Part shown: piece after piece, positions 1-13,845 of the stretch
Layout: every line of letters starts with the position of its first letter
How positions within the stretch are numbered: the first letter of the stretch is position 1
Origin: Chara braunii
Lineage: Eukaryota > Plantae > Charophyceae
Reading direction: 5' to 3'
DNA length: 64,000 nt
NCBI GenBank assembly: GCA_003427395.1
Contig: BFEA01000015.1
Coordinates: forward strand, 4,125,508-4,189,507
The notes under the pieces: model-generated
The model's database searches: none
Told to the model about the DNA's origin: nothing
Seen by the model: the letters and a program-made list of their open reading frames with translations, nothing else
Translations under genes and position numbers: made by a program

Positions 1-1175
1 TCATCGACGTGGCACATAGTCAAAGGCTATCTCCTTCAGATACTACAGACACCGACGGTCGGAATACAAAGGTGTTGTGATACAGGGCTAAGATCAAGTT
101 CATTCTTGTTATTACTACGTCCTTGTACCACCTAGCTACTTTATTATAGTCGTATCCAAACTTTTCATGCAAACGTTTGACAATAACAAATAGTTACAGA
201 TAGTCGTTTTTGGAAACAAACCCTTCACATATTTTGCAAACATGTTTGATGATATATCGTACTCATTATAGTGAGTTCTAAAAATATTGTTTACCTTTAT
301 CGTATTTATGTGGAAATTTATAATATAATCATTTAACCATCGTTTGCCACTCACAGGACACTCAAATCATGGATTGTGAATATTAACTCCCCGTCCATCA
401 CTAGATTTTTCATTCTCGACAATGTTAGGTAATTGTTGAACATAGTTTCTAAGTGGCGTAAAATGTCTTCTTCCTGCTCAATCAGAGAATTTGTTGCTAA
501 TTGAATAGTTCATTTGTACTTACTGTGCAACGTGAAATGCACTCATCCTTATTTACATCGCAACGGAAAATGCACACAATCCATATTTATAGCACGACAT
601 GAAATATGTACAATTACAAATATAACATATCACCATGTTAGTGACCATGTTTAATATCCGCAGGAACTCTGGTTCATCGACTCCATTAAGAGAGACATCG
701 AGCAAGCATGGATTCGTCGAGCTAAAAAGTGGGTTCAATATAATTTTTCGGGCAAGGCGAACGATAACCACAATCGGTCTCATGTCCATTAAGGAATCTA
801 TGCTCTTCCAACAATTAACTTTTTTTCGACAAAGTTGCATCGAAAACTTTTCAAGTTGCCAAAGACATGCAAACATGCCACCTCCTACAAAAAAGAGAGA
901 GCGAGTCAAATGCTTACTACGGCTCAGAATTAATATGCGATTTACGCTTTCATGTGAGGGTTTTATGTATTGTTTTCGACGCACGCAATGAATAAGCGCA
1001 TTGCTCCACACGCATCGATCTATGTAGCATTCGTTTCATCCCAACACAGGAAGCATTTTTTTAGTGTGATTAGAGACGTCATGTTGCATTACGTCAATAA
1101 AACGATCATGCATCGCTGTCACTATTGCTACCTAAGTACTTAATTGGGTTTAAACTATAAGAATATCGCGGAAAT

Positions 1176-1462
1176 CTAGGCTGCCAAAGTTGTCCGGAGT
1201 CAGTTGCCCGGCCGGGCCAAAAAAAATTAAAATTTAAAAAATAAAAAATTATATTTTTAATTTTTATTTTTTATTCTATATTTGGTGATGAATTTTGATG
1301 TGACCCTAAAACAAAAGTTGTGCAGTCTATTTTTCTGCATAACATAGTTTTTTTCCGGATTTGTTTGATTTCGTTTTGTTTTGTTTTGTTTTTGTTGGGA
1401 CCTTCCCAAGTCCTTGCACGGGCTTACCATCCGGGACCAGGGCGGCCCGGCTGGTAGCCTAG
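1176..1462. mobile_element. hAT-like MITE
   Basis: Terminal inverted repeats CTAGGCTGCCA / TGGTAGCCTAG; flanking 8-mers GCGGAAAT / GCAGAAAG (6/8, a degenerate 8-bp TSD); AT-rich non-coding interior. Confidence 0.55.
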
Positions 1463-3081
1463 GCAGAAAGTAAATAAAACTAAGTTAAAAAAAAAAAACC
1501 ACGAGCGTGAAGTAGTTGTGTCGGCATAGGTCGTCATGTGGGCTTGGCCAAACAATGTGTTAAACGTGAGGTTGGACATAAACGGATCATTTATGCAACG
1601 TCGTTCCATGTGAATCATGACATGTTTCCTCATGTTCCTACATCAAATACAAGATGGAATCCAAACAATCAATGTGCACTATTTTCAGGGCGTGAGACAA
1701 ACGTACATGTTAGAATTGTCATTATGAAGTTGGTGAAGATTATACTAAGTTTATTAATTTTTATTATATTTGGAACCAGTTCTGGTATAGAGGGGAGGTC
1801 AATGTGACATTGACGAGGAAAATGTCGAAATAAAATATGAAGTGGGCAATTATGATGCGTTCTGATTTGAGTGGATTATTTAGTGGTTTTACCTTCAGAT
1901 CTCGATTGGCAGACCATTTTATAAAGATCACTGGTTAATTATTGTTTTTATTTAAGAAAAGTTTGTGATTGGTACTGTATTCTCGGTGTGTTATTAGGTG
2001 TGTTATTGGTTGATGTACAATACTGCAAAAGTTATCGCGAAAAAATCATATTTTAAAACCATAATCATGATCAAAGATATGGCGTAGTGTTAAATATCAT
2101 AGTGGTAGAACATGTGTTTCATCGCTGACAAGGGTTCCTCGGGCTTATTCGCATCACACAGGATCAATGTAAACTGGACATCGTCGCACGACAATGATTC
2201 TCCAAGCGATATGTCATCCAATGACAACAATCTAACGCACCATACCTAGAACTCGTCATTTAGTTTGATTACATGATGACGGACCATAGGTACGTGCACA
2301 TTGAAGGCAATGTTGCCCAGGCGAAAAAATCCTCATGGTTTTATTTATGGGGTACCATAAGCGCATGAAGATCGATTGCGATAGCAGCTCAAACTTCGGG
2401 TTCTTGTATTCATTGGAGAAGGAAGTTGATATGGATCTCGTTGGTGATAACGATGAATTTCACTTTGTCATTTGAATAAAGATGATGGATATACGAAATG
2501 CGTTCTGTGACAAAGAGCAACAGTCAGAACAAGATAGGGCGTATATGAAGCAATACGCATGATATTGCATCGGGAAACAATTCTTAAGAGTTTAGTCATT
2601 ATGAACTATTATGGTAGAATCTATGTATTTAATCATACCACAACAACTGTGACACTTTTGACAGCAATCAAGGTAGACAATAGAAAAACCACAACATTTT
2701 CCTCACTAGGGAAGAGTTTTACTGTAACAGACTTACATCTCATGAATTGTTTCATAGTCGTATACTTATCGGTTCGCTCAGTGGTATGAAACTCATGTGT
2801 CATGGATTGTGCATTAAGGAAAATGTTGAACTTAAGAGCAAATTATTTGGTGTATAAGCGGGTTCGCTATCTTTTTTATATATGTTAAGAGATATAACGA
2901 ACAGTGGAGCATAAGGGCAACGAATTAGGAGTTGTGTTGCATAACAAATATAATAAATGGTCGGGTAAGAACTAACTAAAATTTACTAACGGTAGGCAAC
3001 TGTGCAGCACGACAAGCGTGTTCGTGTCCCTCCGTGTTCGTGCGAACGGCTCTCGAACGTATTCAGGAGAACATATATATA

Positions 3082-3813
3082 CAAGGGGGCCGACATTCAG
3101 GACGGGTTGAACGCCCCAATGTACGAGACCCCTTGGGAATGCGTCTGGTCGTTCTGGTCGAACGCGAACAAAAAAAAAAAAAAAAAAAAAAATCTGGAAA
3201 AAAAAAACATGCTATGTAGAAAGATAAAATAGCAACATTTACCTGAGCATTACATCCAAATTCCTTACCAAATTTAAAATAAAAATAAAATACAGAAAAT
3301 AAATACCAATAAAAAAAATACAAAAATACAAAAAGAGAAATTAAAGAATTAAAATTAGTGAGTGCGCAAACCCATTTTCAACACCGCCATCTTTGACAAT
3401 TTCTCTTTTTTTTTGGCAGATCTAAATGCCCTAAAAATTTATATATGTGTACTTCAGATAATAAGAAACTCATGAAAAAAGTTTCAAAAAATAATAAAAT
3501 ATTTTAGGCCCCCAAATAAAGTGAAAACAAAACGTAAAAGTGAAGACAAAAACATTGTGAATGGGTGAGCATGTTTTGACGCCTCCATCTTTGAAATTTT
3601 TCAATTTTTTTTGCCTGAGCAAAATGACTTCAAAATTTATAGGCATGTACCTAACACTATACAGAATGCACAAAACAGAATTAAAAAAAATATATATTTT
3701 TAGGTTCCGAAATAATTTTTGGCGGGGGCCGAACCTCTTCAGGTTCGGAACCCGAACGCCCGAACGTACGGGGGTTCGCCCAACGACCTCCGTACGTACA
3801 GGCAGGAAATCAT
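3082..3813. mobile_element. Degenerate hAT-like non-autonomous element (CCGAACG-repeat family)
   Basis: Homologous to the left arm of 3897-4600 and to the reverse complement of 17827-19325; subterminal CCGAACG repeats; flanked by (TA)n. Confidence 0.6.
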
Positions 3814-3865
3814 GTAAATATATACATGTTTGTGACGATATATATATATATATCGTCACAAATAG

Positions 3866-3899
<34 letters not shown>

Positions 3900-4607
3900 G
3901 GTTACCTGCGTTCGGGACAGGCCGAACGCCCGAACCCGAACGCCCGAACGTACGGGACCCCTTCGGGAGGCGTTCGGCCGTTCGAGCCGAACGCGGACTA
4001 AAAAAAAAAAAAAACACAAACTTTTTAAAAACTTTCGAAAAAAACCTATGTTATGGAGAAAAATAAACTAAACAACATTTGCTTGGGCACTACATCCAAA
4101 TTCTTTACCAAATTTAAATTAAAAATCCAATACAGAAAATAACCACTTTTCGACACCGCCATCTTTGCCGATTTTTAATTATTTTTTGACATTGATAAAT
4201 GCCCTCAAAAATTACAGATATGTAGTTTACATAATCAATAACTCATTAAAAATTTTTCAAAAAATAATAAATGTTTTTAGGCCCCGAAATGAAGTGAAAA
4301 CAAAAAGTTAAAAGTGAAAAAAAACAAAATAGTGAGTGGGCGAGCACGTTTTGACACCCCCATCTTTGACGATTTTTAATGTTTGTTTGGCTTAGCAGAA
4401 TGACTTGACAATTTATAGGCGTATAGTTTACATCATAGAGAACTCACAAAACAAAATTCAGAAAAAACAATTTATGTTTAGGCCTCGAAATATTTTTTGG
4501 CGAGGACCGAACCTGGAGGTGTTCGGCCCCCGAACGGGACCCCGAACGCCCGAACGTTCGGGGGCCCCCGGGCTGGCCGCCGAACGATCGGGCGTTCGGG
4601 GGGCCGA

Positions 4608-4966
4608 TGCAGCGGGCCTTCATCTGCCCTAGCCCACAGCCAGGGCCTATTTGGCTATTTGCCAGTTCGGCCTGTGGGACCAGGCCGTGGCCTGACCCCA
4701 CAGGCCGTGTGGTTATTCAGTCCAGTCCAGTCCTGCCCGGTACCACTGTCGGTACCAGTCCAGTCCAGTCCAGTCCAGTCAGTCCGCTGGGGGTATACCC
4801 CAGCTGCAGTTTGTATTGTGACTCATTCTTCATTTGCACAGATTGGAGTACGTGCGTGTTGAGTGTGCGTTGGAGTTGCGCTGTCCCTTCCAGCTCCATC
4901 TCCATCTCCCCCATCCTCATCCCTTCGTCTTGATCCTGACGGACCGCCATCCCGACGGGTCCGTCA
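4608..4966 (+). repeat. 5' LTR (end runs into the assembly gap)
   Basis: Direct repeat of 14789-15137; about 14 substitutions and one 10-bp (CAGTC)2 indel by eye. Confidence 0.93.
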
Positions 4967-7135
4967 NNNNNNNNNNNNNNNNNNNNNNNNNNNNNNNNNN
5001 NNNNNNNNNNNNNNNNNNNNNNNNNNNNNNNNNNNNNNNNNNNNNNNNNNNNNNNNNNNNNNNNNNNNNNNNNNNNNNNNNNNNNNNNNNNNNNNNNNNN
5101 NNNNNNNNNNNNNNNNNNNNNNNNNNNNNNNNNNNNNNNNNNNNNNNNNNNNNNNNNNNNNNNNNNNNNNNNNNNNNNNNNNNNNNNNNNNNNNNNNNNN
5201 NNNNNNNNNNNNNNNNNNNNNNNNNNNNNNNNNNNNNNNNNNNNNNNNNNNNNNNNNNNNNNNNNNNNNNNNNNNNNNNNNNNNNNNNNNNNNNNNNNNN
5301 NNNNNNNNNNNNNNNNNNNNNNNNNNNNNNNNNNNNNNNNNNNNNNNNNNNNNNNNNNNNNNNNNNNNNNNNNNNNNNNNNNNNNNNNNNNNNNNNNNNN
5401 NNNNNNNNNNNNNNNNNNNNNNNNNNNNNNNNNNNNNNNNNNNNNNNNNNNNNNNNNNNNNNNNNNNNNNNNNNNNNNNNNNNNNNNNNNNNNNNNNNNN
5501 NNNNNNNNNNNNNNNNNNNNNNNNNNNNNNNNNNNNNNNNNNNNNNNNNNNNNNNNNNNNNNNNNNNNNNNNNNNNNNNNNNNNNNNNNNNNNNNNNNNN
5601 NNNNNNNNNNNNNNNNNNNNNNNNNNNNNNNNCAAGATCTTGTGGATCTTGGTGAAGTTGTATGCTCTTGGTTACCCAAGAGCTGGGTATCACCTCTCTC
5701 ATCCCTAATTCACTCTCCCACTCCCTTTTCTCTCTCTCCCCTTCATCATCTGACCTTCTTTTTCTCTCACCACCACTCATCCATCACCTTTTCTCACTCC
5801 TCTCTCAACTTTTCTCATTTCTCTCCTCTTCTCCCCACTAATCTCTCATCCCCTTCACTCTTTCTCCATCCACTACCATATTTTTACTCTCTCCTCTCCC
5901 AACCTCACTNTCCTTGCTTCTTTTNNCTANTTCTCTCCTCTCCTTCCCCTTAATCTCTCATACCCTTCCCTCTTCACTCATCTCCCACCATTTTTTTCTC
6001 TCCTCTCTCTCCACTCACCTTCTTTTACTAATCTCTCACTCTTTTTTTCACCTTTTCCATAGCTTTCTCTCTCATTCTCTCACCCTCCTCTCCTCCTTTC
6101 TTCCCCCAACTACAACCCCATCATATCCCTCACCTACCACTTCAATCTTTTCTCTTTCCCACCTANTTTTCTCTTTTTTTCATCACTTTTTCATCCTCCC
6201 CCCCCCCCAAACTTCGATTTTTTTTGTTTTTCTTTTTTTCTCTTTCTTTTTGATTAAATTTTCTCCGTTCCTCCAAAAATTCGAATTATCTTCTTCCCAA
6301 CTTTTTTTCTCATCTTTCTGATTTTTTTATTTTTATTTTTTTTTTTGAAAATTCGAATTTTTCTGCGGCACCCTAAAATCTGATTAGGACTTAGCTATTC
6401 TTGCTTTCGGCACACATTTTGACCCCGTGGGGGTAACAAAGTGCTGCCGAAATTTGTGAAAAATCCAAAACTTGGTTAGTTTCTCTTCACTCTCCTCCAC
6501 CTCCTTATTTATTTATCTATTTATTTATTTATTTACTTATTTTTCTGAAATTTTTAATTTCCGCATTGTAAAAATTATTGTGTTTCTCTTAGTCTCTCCT
6601 TTCTCTTTGCACATTTTGACCCCGTTGGGGTAAGAAAATGTTGCCGAAATTTTCAAAAAAATAAATAAGTCCTCTTCCCTCGCTCTTTACATTTTATTTC
6701 TTTATTTATTTGTATTTCTTCTTTTATTTTATTTTTATCTCGAAATTTTATTGCTTATTCTATTTTCCTTCCCCCTCCCCTCCATATTATCTTTTTTCTT
6801 GATTAGGTCGCCGCTACCCTCCCCTAACCACCTAAACTCCGGTTAGGGTTTTCTTAGGGTTTTCTTAGGGTTTTCTTAGGGTTTGCTAGGGTTTAGGGTT
6901 CTCCTAACTCCCCCTCCCCTTCCTACTCTCCCACCTCCTCCCGTCGGGCACCCTGGACTTGGACGGCTCCTCCCCCCTCGAGCGGTTCGGCGCCTTCGTC
7001 TCACGCGCGACCTGCAAAATCCGAGGCGAGCCGACTCACAAATACTCACTCCGCTCCCGCGGTCCCCTTCCTCTTACCGGTGGGCCCCTTTCCCCACACA
7101 CTCCTCTGAGGACTACCTCCATTCCCCTTCCGGTC

Positions 7136-9208
7136 ATGGAAGGGAGTCCATCCGAGGAGATCGTCGTGGCGCAGTCCACACCCCAGGTCAGCACGGCGTC
7201 AGTGGCTCATGATCAGGCCCATGCGGACATCATGGACCTTCATGCCGTCCTTATAGCAATCCAGGCACAACTTAGTACGCTTGGACCGTTGCAAGCGCAA
7301 ATCAATGTGCTAGCCCTCGACGTCAAGCGCCTCAAGGACTCCCCTCATCGCTCTTCCCACCGCTCTCACACCCCTTCCCCTACGGGCTCCGATTCCGGCT
7401 CCCTAGGACTCCGGAGACGGAGTCACCATGGTTCCCCCTCCTCTGCGGGCCAGGCCAACCACTCCCCCTCAGCGGTGGCAAGTGTTGCTGCCGCTCAGAC
7501 CACCCTGTTCGTTGCGGCAGTTCTTCCGGCCACGGCCGCCCCTACCATCTCTACTACTGTCGTAGGTGCTGCGGTCCAGGTACCGCCTTCTGGCCCACCA
7601 GTTTCATCGACCCACACCGGTGTTGCTTCCCAGCTTCCCGCACCGGTCGCGGCAATACGGCTCCGCCCTCTTCTTTCTGCCTTCGTCCCCCCGCCCCCAC
7701 AGCAGGGTACCGCCCAGGCTGGGATTCCTCCTCCCACTGGGAGACCCGCTCCGCCCCCTCCACCTCCGACCCCGCGCACCCAGCGAGTGGCCACTTTACA
7801 GGCCACCATTGCGCAGGCTTAGGCGGAGATTCTCGCTCTGAGACAGCCTCACCCATCACACGTTGCCCACCCTTCTTCCTCTACCACCCCTTCGGTCCCC
7901 ATGATGCAGGCTCATTTCCCTCGACCTGGTCCTCAGCCTCTTCCCTCCTACCTGGCTATTCCAGGACAGCTGCCCGCGGTCGTTGCCTCCTCGTCCGCTG
8001 GTCCATCCGCCAGCGGCCACGGCCCACAGCCTTCCCCCACCTCTGCCCCTGCAGCGGCCTCGACTTACGCTGCCGCAGTGCACTCGCCTCGATCTCTCTC
8101 CCCCCGCCATCAGCACAGTGGACATCCTCCTGTGCGCACCACGGACATTCCCGAGTATGATGGGACATCCCGTGTCTCTAGCTGGTTGCGGATAGCAACG
8201 TGCACGCTCCATACGACAACCACCCGTCAGAAGTTGTGGTGCAATGTGCTCGCAACCAAATTGCGAGGTAGCCCTTCCACTGCATGGGAGGATTATTATA
8301 CCCAGCGCCTCCGTGTGGATGAGGTCCCCACTCTGGCCGACTTCGCGGCCTTCCTTCAGGACCGTTTCGGCGCTCGTCATGACGCCACCGACGCCTAAGA
8401 CCGCGTCACCCAGACCAGATGGTCCGGGTCCTCTGTACCGGCCGACCTGGAGCGTCACATCCGGGTGTTTCAGGACGCTCGCCTTGTTTGTGACGAGACG
8501 TTTCTACCGGAGGTCACACTCACCGACCGGTTCCTTGTCAGCCTGCCGACTGACTACCGCCTAGAGCTATGGAGGCGATCATTCTCTTCCGCGGAGCAGG
8601 CATACGAGGCTGCGCGTCAGTACCACAGGATGTGCCGTCGCTTCTCCGTCGCCCCATCCTCTTCGCGTCCATCCGCCACCTCCCAGTCTCGGGGTACCAC
8701 CCGAGGCCGCTCCTCGTTTGCTGGTCGTTTTCGTCACCCTGCTCGACCAGGAGCGCCATTCGCTCGGCACTACAGTTCTCTCGAGTATGGAGAGGACGCC
8801 TCAGCCGAGCTCGATCCTACCATTGGGGACGCCCCCGAGGACATCGAGCTTCGGGACGTCATCCAGTACCACTTGGATGACGACACTCTCCCAATGGCCG
8901 AGCGCCTACAGATGGCCATGTCTGCCATGGGTCGTGCACGCAGTCGGGTTGCACAGGCTGGCACCCGCACACCCACAGTTCCTTAGATAGACCTCCCGAA
9001 GGGTTTTGTCCCTCCTCGCGGAGCTCTATCCCCCGAGGAGCGTGCCGCCCTCGAGGCCCAACGAGGCTGCCTTCGTTGCCGCCATGATGGACACACCTCC
9101 TCACGGTGTCCATACCACACTGCCCTCGATCGGTACTACACTGATATTTCTCGTCAGCGCCAATCTCAGTCCCCCCCCGGCCCCGCCCGGCCAGCCCCAC
9201 CCAGCTAG
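7136..9208 (+). pseudogene. gag: Retrotransposon gag with in-frame stops and a C-terminal CCHC zinc knuckle
   Basis: ORFs 6959-7822, 7901-8398 and 8465-8986 share one frame; capsid-like segment (IPEYDG...KLRGSPSTAW...FLQDRF); knuckle CLRCRHDGHTSSRC near 9068-9110 in the same frame. Confidence 0.85.
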
Positions 9209-9213
9209 CCACG

Positions 9214-12200
9214 GTGCGGTGTACCCCTAAGGCCTCGCTCGTAGCCGGCTTCCCGACCACCGAGTCGCGGTTTGCCCCTTTGGCTACCCCACCAAAGGAT
9301 CCTCATGACATGACAGACGCAGTTCTCTCTACCCCGTCGTCTGTCGAGGTATCGTCTGCCTCCCAGCAGACCTCCGCATCTAGCGCTTCTCCCCCGAGAC
9401 TTCCGAAGCGTCGCGCCATTTGCACAGCCCGTTGTAGCGCTCAGCTGGCGACTCACGATGACGTTGTGTCACCTCTCCTGGACTTGAGTATTCTGCAGGC
9501 TCGTCAGGAGTAACTCACGCGACATATCAACGTCATGCGTCGTCTTCTCGCTCTGCTCTCTGACCTTGACCGCACCCTACCCATCATCCCTATTCGCCTA
9601 GGGACATCTACGAGGGTGTACCGCGCTTTATGGGACTCTGGCTCGCAGGGAGATTTCGTTCACCCTCGAGTGGTTGAGGAAGCTCGCCTAGCTACCTCTG
9701 GGTCTCGCTCTCTTATCTCCGTTACCATCGGAGATAACAAGACACAGCGCTTCTTCGATCAGACGGTCCCCGACCTCCACTTCTCCCTCACCCTTCAGCC
9801 ATCGGATAATACCTAGACGCCTAGGCGCTACCATTCCTCCGCATACTTCGACGTGCTGGAGACTGGGTATGACTTTATCCTTGGCACTCCCTGGTCTCGC
9901 CGGTTCCGTGGCACAGAGGCCGAATGGGCGACCGAGACACTCGTTCTCAAAACGAAGTGTGGTCAGACTCATCGCGTCCCGTTCATCGGAACCACGGGCG
10001 ACGCCCCGCCCGACCTACCTCCCCAGGACCCTCGTCCCTCAGGGTCCCACCCCGACATCGCGTTCACTTCCCCTCGTCAGTTTGCTCACTTCATACGACA
10101 GGAGGACGTTACGTTCTACTCAGTGAACGTCATGGATCTTTTTCGCTATGATCCACTCTGTCCTGAGATTGAGCTCATCTCTCTGGAGCTCGATCCCCCT
10201 GACCCTTCCTCCATCTTTGCGGCTCCCATCTCTACGTCCATCCGTCAGCCTGCGGATACCCCCTCCACGTCCCAGGCCCCTGAGTCGTCGACTGTCGAGC
10301 CCACACATACGTCTCGTGCCAACGCAGATGCTGAGGAACTCACACGGTTCACGGCAGACTTAGAGCCCGCCGTTCGCGACCTGATTCGAGAGTACCGCGA
10401 CGTCTTCCCCCCATATTTCTCATACAGCGGGATTCCCCCGATGCGCGGTGTTGAGCATTTTATCCAGCTCGCGCCTGACTATCGTGTTCACCATCAGGCA
10501 CCGTACCGACTCTCGATTCCAGAGGCGACGGAAATCAAGCGTCAGCTTGAGGAGCTCTTTCGACTTGGTTTCATTAAACCCAGTAACTCCCCTTGGGGTG
10601 CACCTGTCCTCTTTGCTCGCAAAGCGGACGGAACTCTCCGCCTCTGCATCGACTACCGCGGCCTTAACCGTTACACGGTTAAGAATAGTTATCCCATGCC
10701 CCGCGCGGATGAGCTGTTTGACCGTCTGGCAGGCAACCGCTTCTTCACGAAGATCGATCTTCGTAGCGGTTACCACCAGATCCGCGTTGCCACCGAGGAT
10801 CAGCCGAAGACCGCCTTCCGATCGCGCTTCGGCCACTACGAGTTCACGGTGATGTCATTCGGCCTCACCAATGCACCAGCCACCTTCCAGACGGCGATGA
10901 ACGACATCTTCAGAGACATCCTTGAAGAATACGTTCTCGTATACCTGGACGACATCCTGGTCTACAGTCGTACCTTAGAAGACCATCTCAGACACCTCCG
11001 CGATGTCCTACAACGCTTATGCAAGCATGGCTTCTATGCCAAGCTCAGTAACTGCCACTTTGCCCAGCGCAAAGTGGACTTCCTAGGACACCATGTGTCT
11101 GACCAGGGTCTCCACATGGATGACGCAAAGATCACTGCTATTGCAAAGTGGCCCATCCCCACATCTGTCAAAGAGCTTCGCAGTTTCCTAGGCCTCACCA
11201 GCTATTATAGTAATTTTATCCAGGGATACGCTAGGTATTCCTACGTCCTTACCTCTACCCTCCTCCGGAAGAACCCGCCGTGGTTTTGGACACCCCTGTG
11301 NNNNNNNNNNNNNNNNNNNNNNNNNNNNNNNNNNNNNNNNNNNNNNNNNNNNNNNNNNNNNNNNNNNNNNNNNNNNNNNNNNNNNNNNNNNNNNNNNNNN
11401 NNNNNNNNNNNNNNNNNNNNNNNNNNNNNNNNNNNNNNNNNNNNNNNNNNNNNNNNNNNNNNNNNNNNNNNNNNNNNNNNNNNNNNNNNNNNNNNNNNNN
11501 NNNNNNNNNNNNNNNNNNNNNNNNNNNNNNNNNNNNNNNNNNNNNNNNNNNNNNNNNNNNNNNNNNNNNNNNNNNNNNNNNNNNNNNNNNNNNNNNNNNN
11601 NNNNNNNNNNNNNNNNNNNNNNNNNNNNNNNNNNNNNNNNNNNNNNNNNNNNNNNNNNNNNNNNNNNNNNNNNNNNNNNNNNNNNNNNNNNNNNNNNNNN
11701 NNNNNNNNNNNNNNNNNNNNNNNNNNNNNNNNNNNNNNNNNNNNNNNNNNNNNNNNNNNNNNNNNNNNNNNNNNNNNNNNNNNNNNNNNNNNNNNNNNNN
11801 NNNNNNNNNNNNNNNNNNNNNNNNNNNNNNNNNNNNNNNNNNNNNNNNNNNNNNNNNNNNNNNNNNNNNNNNNNNNNNNNNNNNNNNNNNNNNNNNNNNN
11901 NNNNNNNNNNNNNNNNNNNNNNNNNNNNNNNNNNNNNNNNNNNNNNNNNNNNNNNNNNNNNNNNNNNNNNNNNNNNNNNNNNNNNNNNNNNNNNNNNNNN
12001 CTTTCCCCTCGACAGGCACGCTGGTGGCGTGACTTATCCGAGTTCAGTTTCACCACTCAGCCCATCAAGGGTGAAACGAACTGCGTCGCCGATGCCTTGT
12101 CCCGCCAACCTGATCACAATCAGGAGCCCATCCATCTTGCTGCCATCTCGATCACCACTGTTGATCAGTCGGTGATCGATGCGTATCGCATTCAGTACCG

Positions 12201-13845
12201 CCATTGCCCCGATTATGGCGTAATCCACGCGACACTACGGAGTGGCAAGATCGTTATTTCCTACTCCCTCGGGGAGAACGGCCTTGTGTACTGGCATGGC
12301 AGATCTAGTCAGCTAGAACCACGTATCTGCGTTTCCTCCACCGGACAGCTCCGCGTCCAGGCTGTAGCAGAGTTCCATGACCAGGCAGCTGCCGGTCATA
12401 TGGGTTTCTACAAGACGTTGGCTCGTGTTTGCCGCCTATACGTCTGGCCGAAGTCCAAGGACTTTGTCAAAGCTTACATCCAGGAGTGTCCTACCTGCCA
12501 GGAGGTGAACAATGCGAACCACCTTCCGTATGGGTTACTTCAGCCCCTACCCATACCTGAGGGTCGTTGGCAGTCCATCTCGATGGATTTTATTGGTCCC
12601 CTCCGCCCACCCACTGAGCGCGGTCATGATGCTATCTTGGTCGTCGTCGATCGCTTCATGAAGCGTGCACGTTTTGTCCCGTGCCGCTATCGCATTAGCG
12701 CTCGTGAGGTCGCCGACATCGTCTTCGACCGAGTCGTAAGAGATTACGGCTTACCTCACAGCATCATCTCCGGCCGTGACCCGCGCTTTACCAACACATT
12801 CTAGCGACGCCTACACGAGGTGTACGGATCTCAACTCCGCTTCTCATCGTCTTACCACCCCTAGACGGATGGTCAGACTGAGATCACTAATAAAACTCTC
12901 GGTAATATCCTCTGAAAGTTCGTTACGGATGACCAGCAGTGGGACTTACACTTAGCCCACGCGGAGATTGCGTACAACCACGCTGTTTCGCGAGCCACGG
13001 GGATGTCGCCATTCTATTGCGACCTCGGCTACCACCCTCGCGTACCCGCGGATTTCCTACGACCATCGCGGTTGCGCCCAGACATTCGTTGCCCTGCGCT
13101 TGACGACTAGATCGCCCACATGGCGACGATTATGAAGCACGCACACGAGAGTTTAGCTGACTCCCAGACTTGCATGGCCGCACGAGCGAACCAATCACGA
13201 ATGGATCATCCATTCAAAGTCGGTGACGATGTGCTCGTCGACACACGCCACTTACAGCTCGAAGCAGATACACTTCGCAAGTTCAGGCGTCGTTTCTTCG
13301 GTCCATGCCGCATCCTTCAAGCCGTCGGTTCTAATACTGCCGCTAGTCCGATCATCTTCCGTGTGAAACTACCTTATTACCTTCGACAGGCTCGCGTACA
13401 CGATGTTTACCACGTCTCCTTATTGCGTCCTTATCGCAGACCGTCCGAGCGCTTCACCGGACGCCCTTATGAGCGCCCTCCACCTATCATGGTGGACGGT
13501 CACGAGGAGTTCGTTGTTTCCGACATCGTATCACGCCGAGTTACCGACGATACCCCTCCACGCATCGAGTACCTTGTGCGTTGGAAGGGCTACCCTGATG
13601 AGGAGGCTACTTGGGAGCCCCTCGAGCACTTGCAGCACGCCAGGATGTTGGTGCGTACATATGATCGTGTTCGTCGTGCTGAGACATTTGCTTCGACTCA
13701 GGCGACTGACCCTCTTCCTCCTCCTCCAGCTGAGGAGATTGCTGAGGACGCGCCCGCTCCCTCTGAGGTCGTTCCTCAGCCACAGACGGTCACCTCCGAG
13801 CGTCCACAGCGCACTCATCGTCGCCCTTTGCGTTACGATGACTGA
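9214..13845 (+). pseudogene. pol: gypsy pol: protease, RT, RNase H (mostly in gap), integrase, chromodomain
   Basis: ALWDSGS protease motif; RT motifs LCIDYRGLN, KIDLRSGYHQ, YLDD; integrase zinc-finger residues, SMDF and RDPRF; chromodomain EYLVRWKGYPDEEATWEP; several premature stops (9511, 9814, 12802, 12862, 12913, 13108). Confidence 0.95.

Noticed and set aside
1-3000. ORFs 553-1011 and 635-991 and neighbours as genes
   Set aside because: AT-rich and stop-riddled; faintly transposase-like but with no motif I can support.
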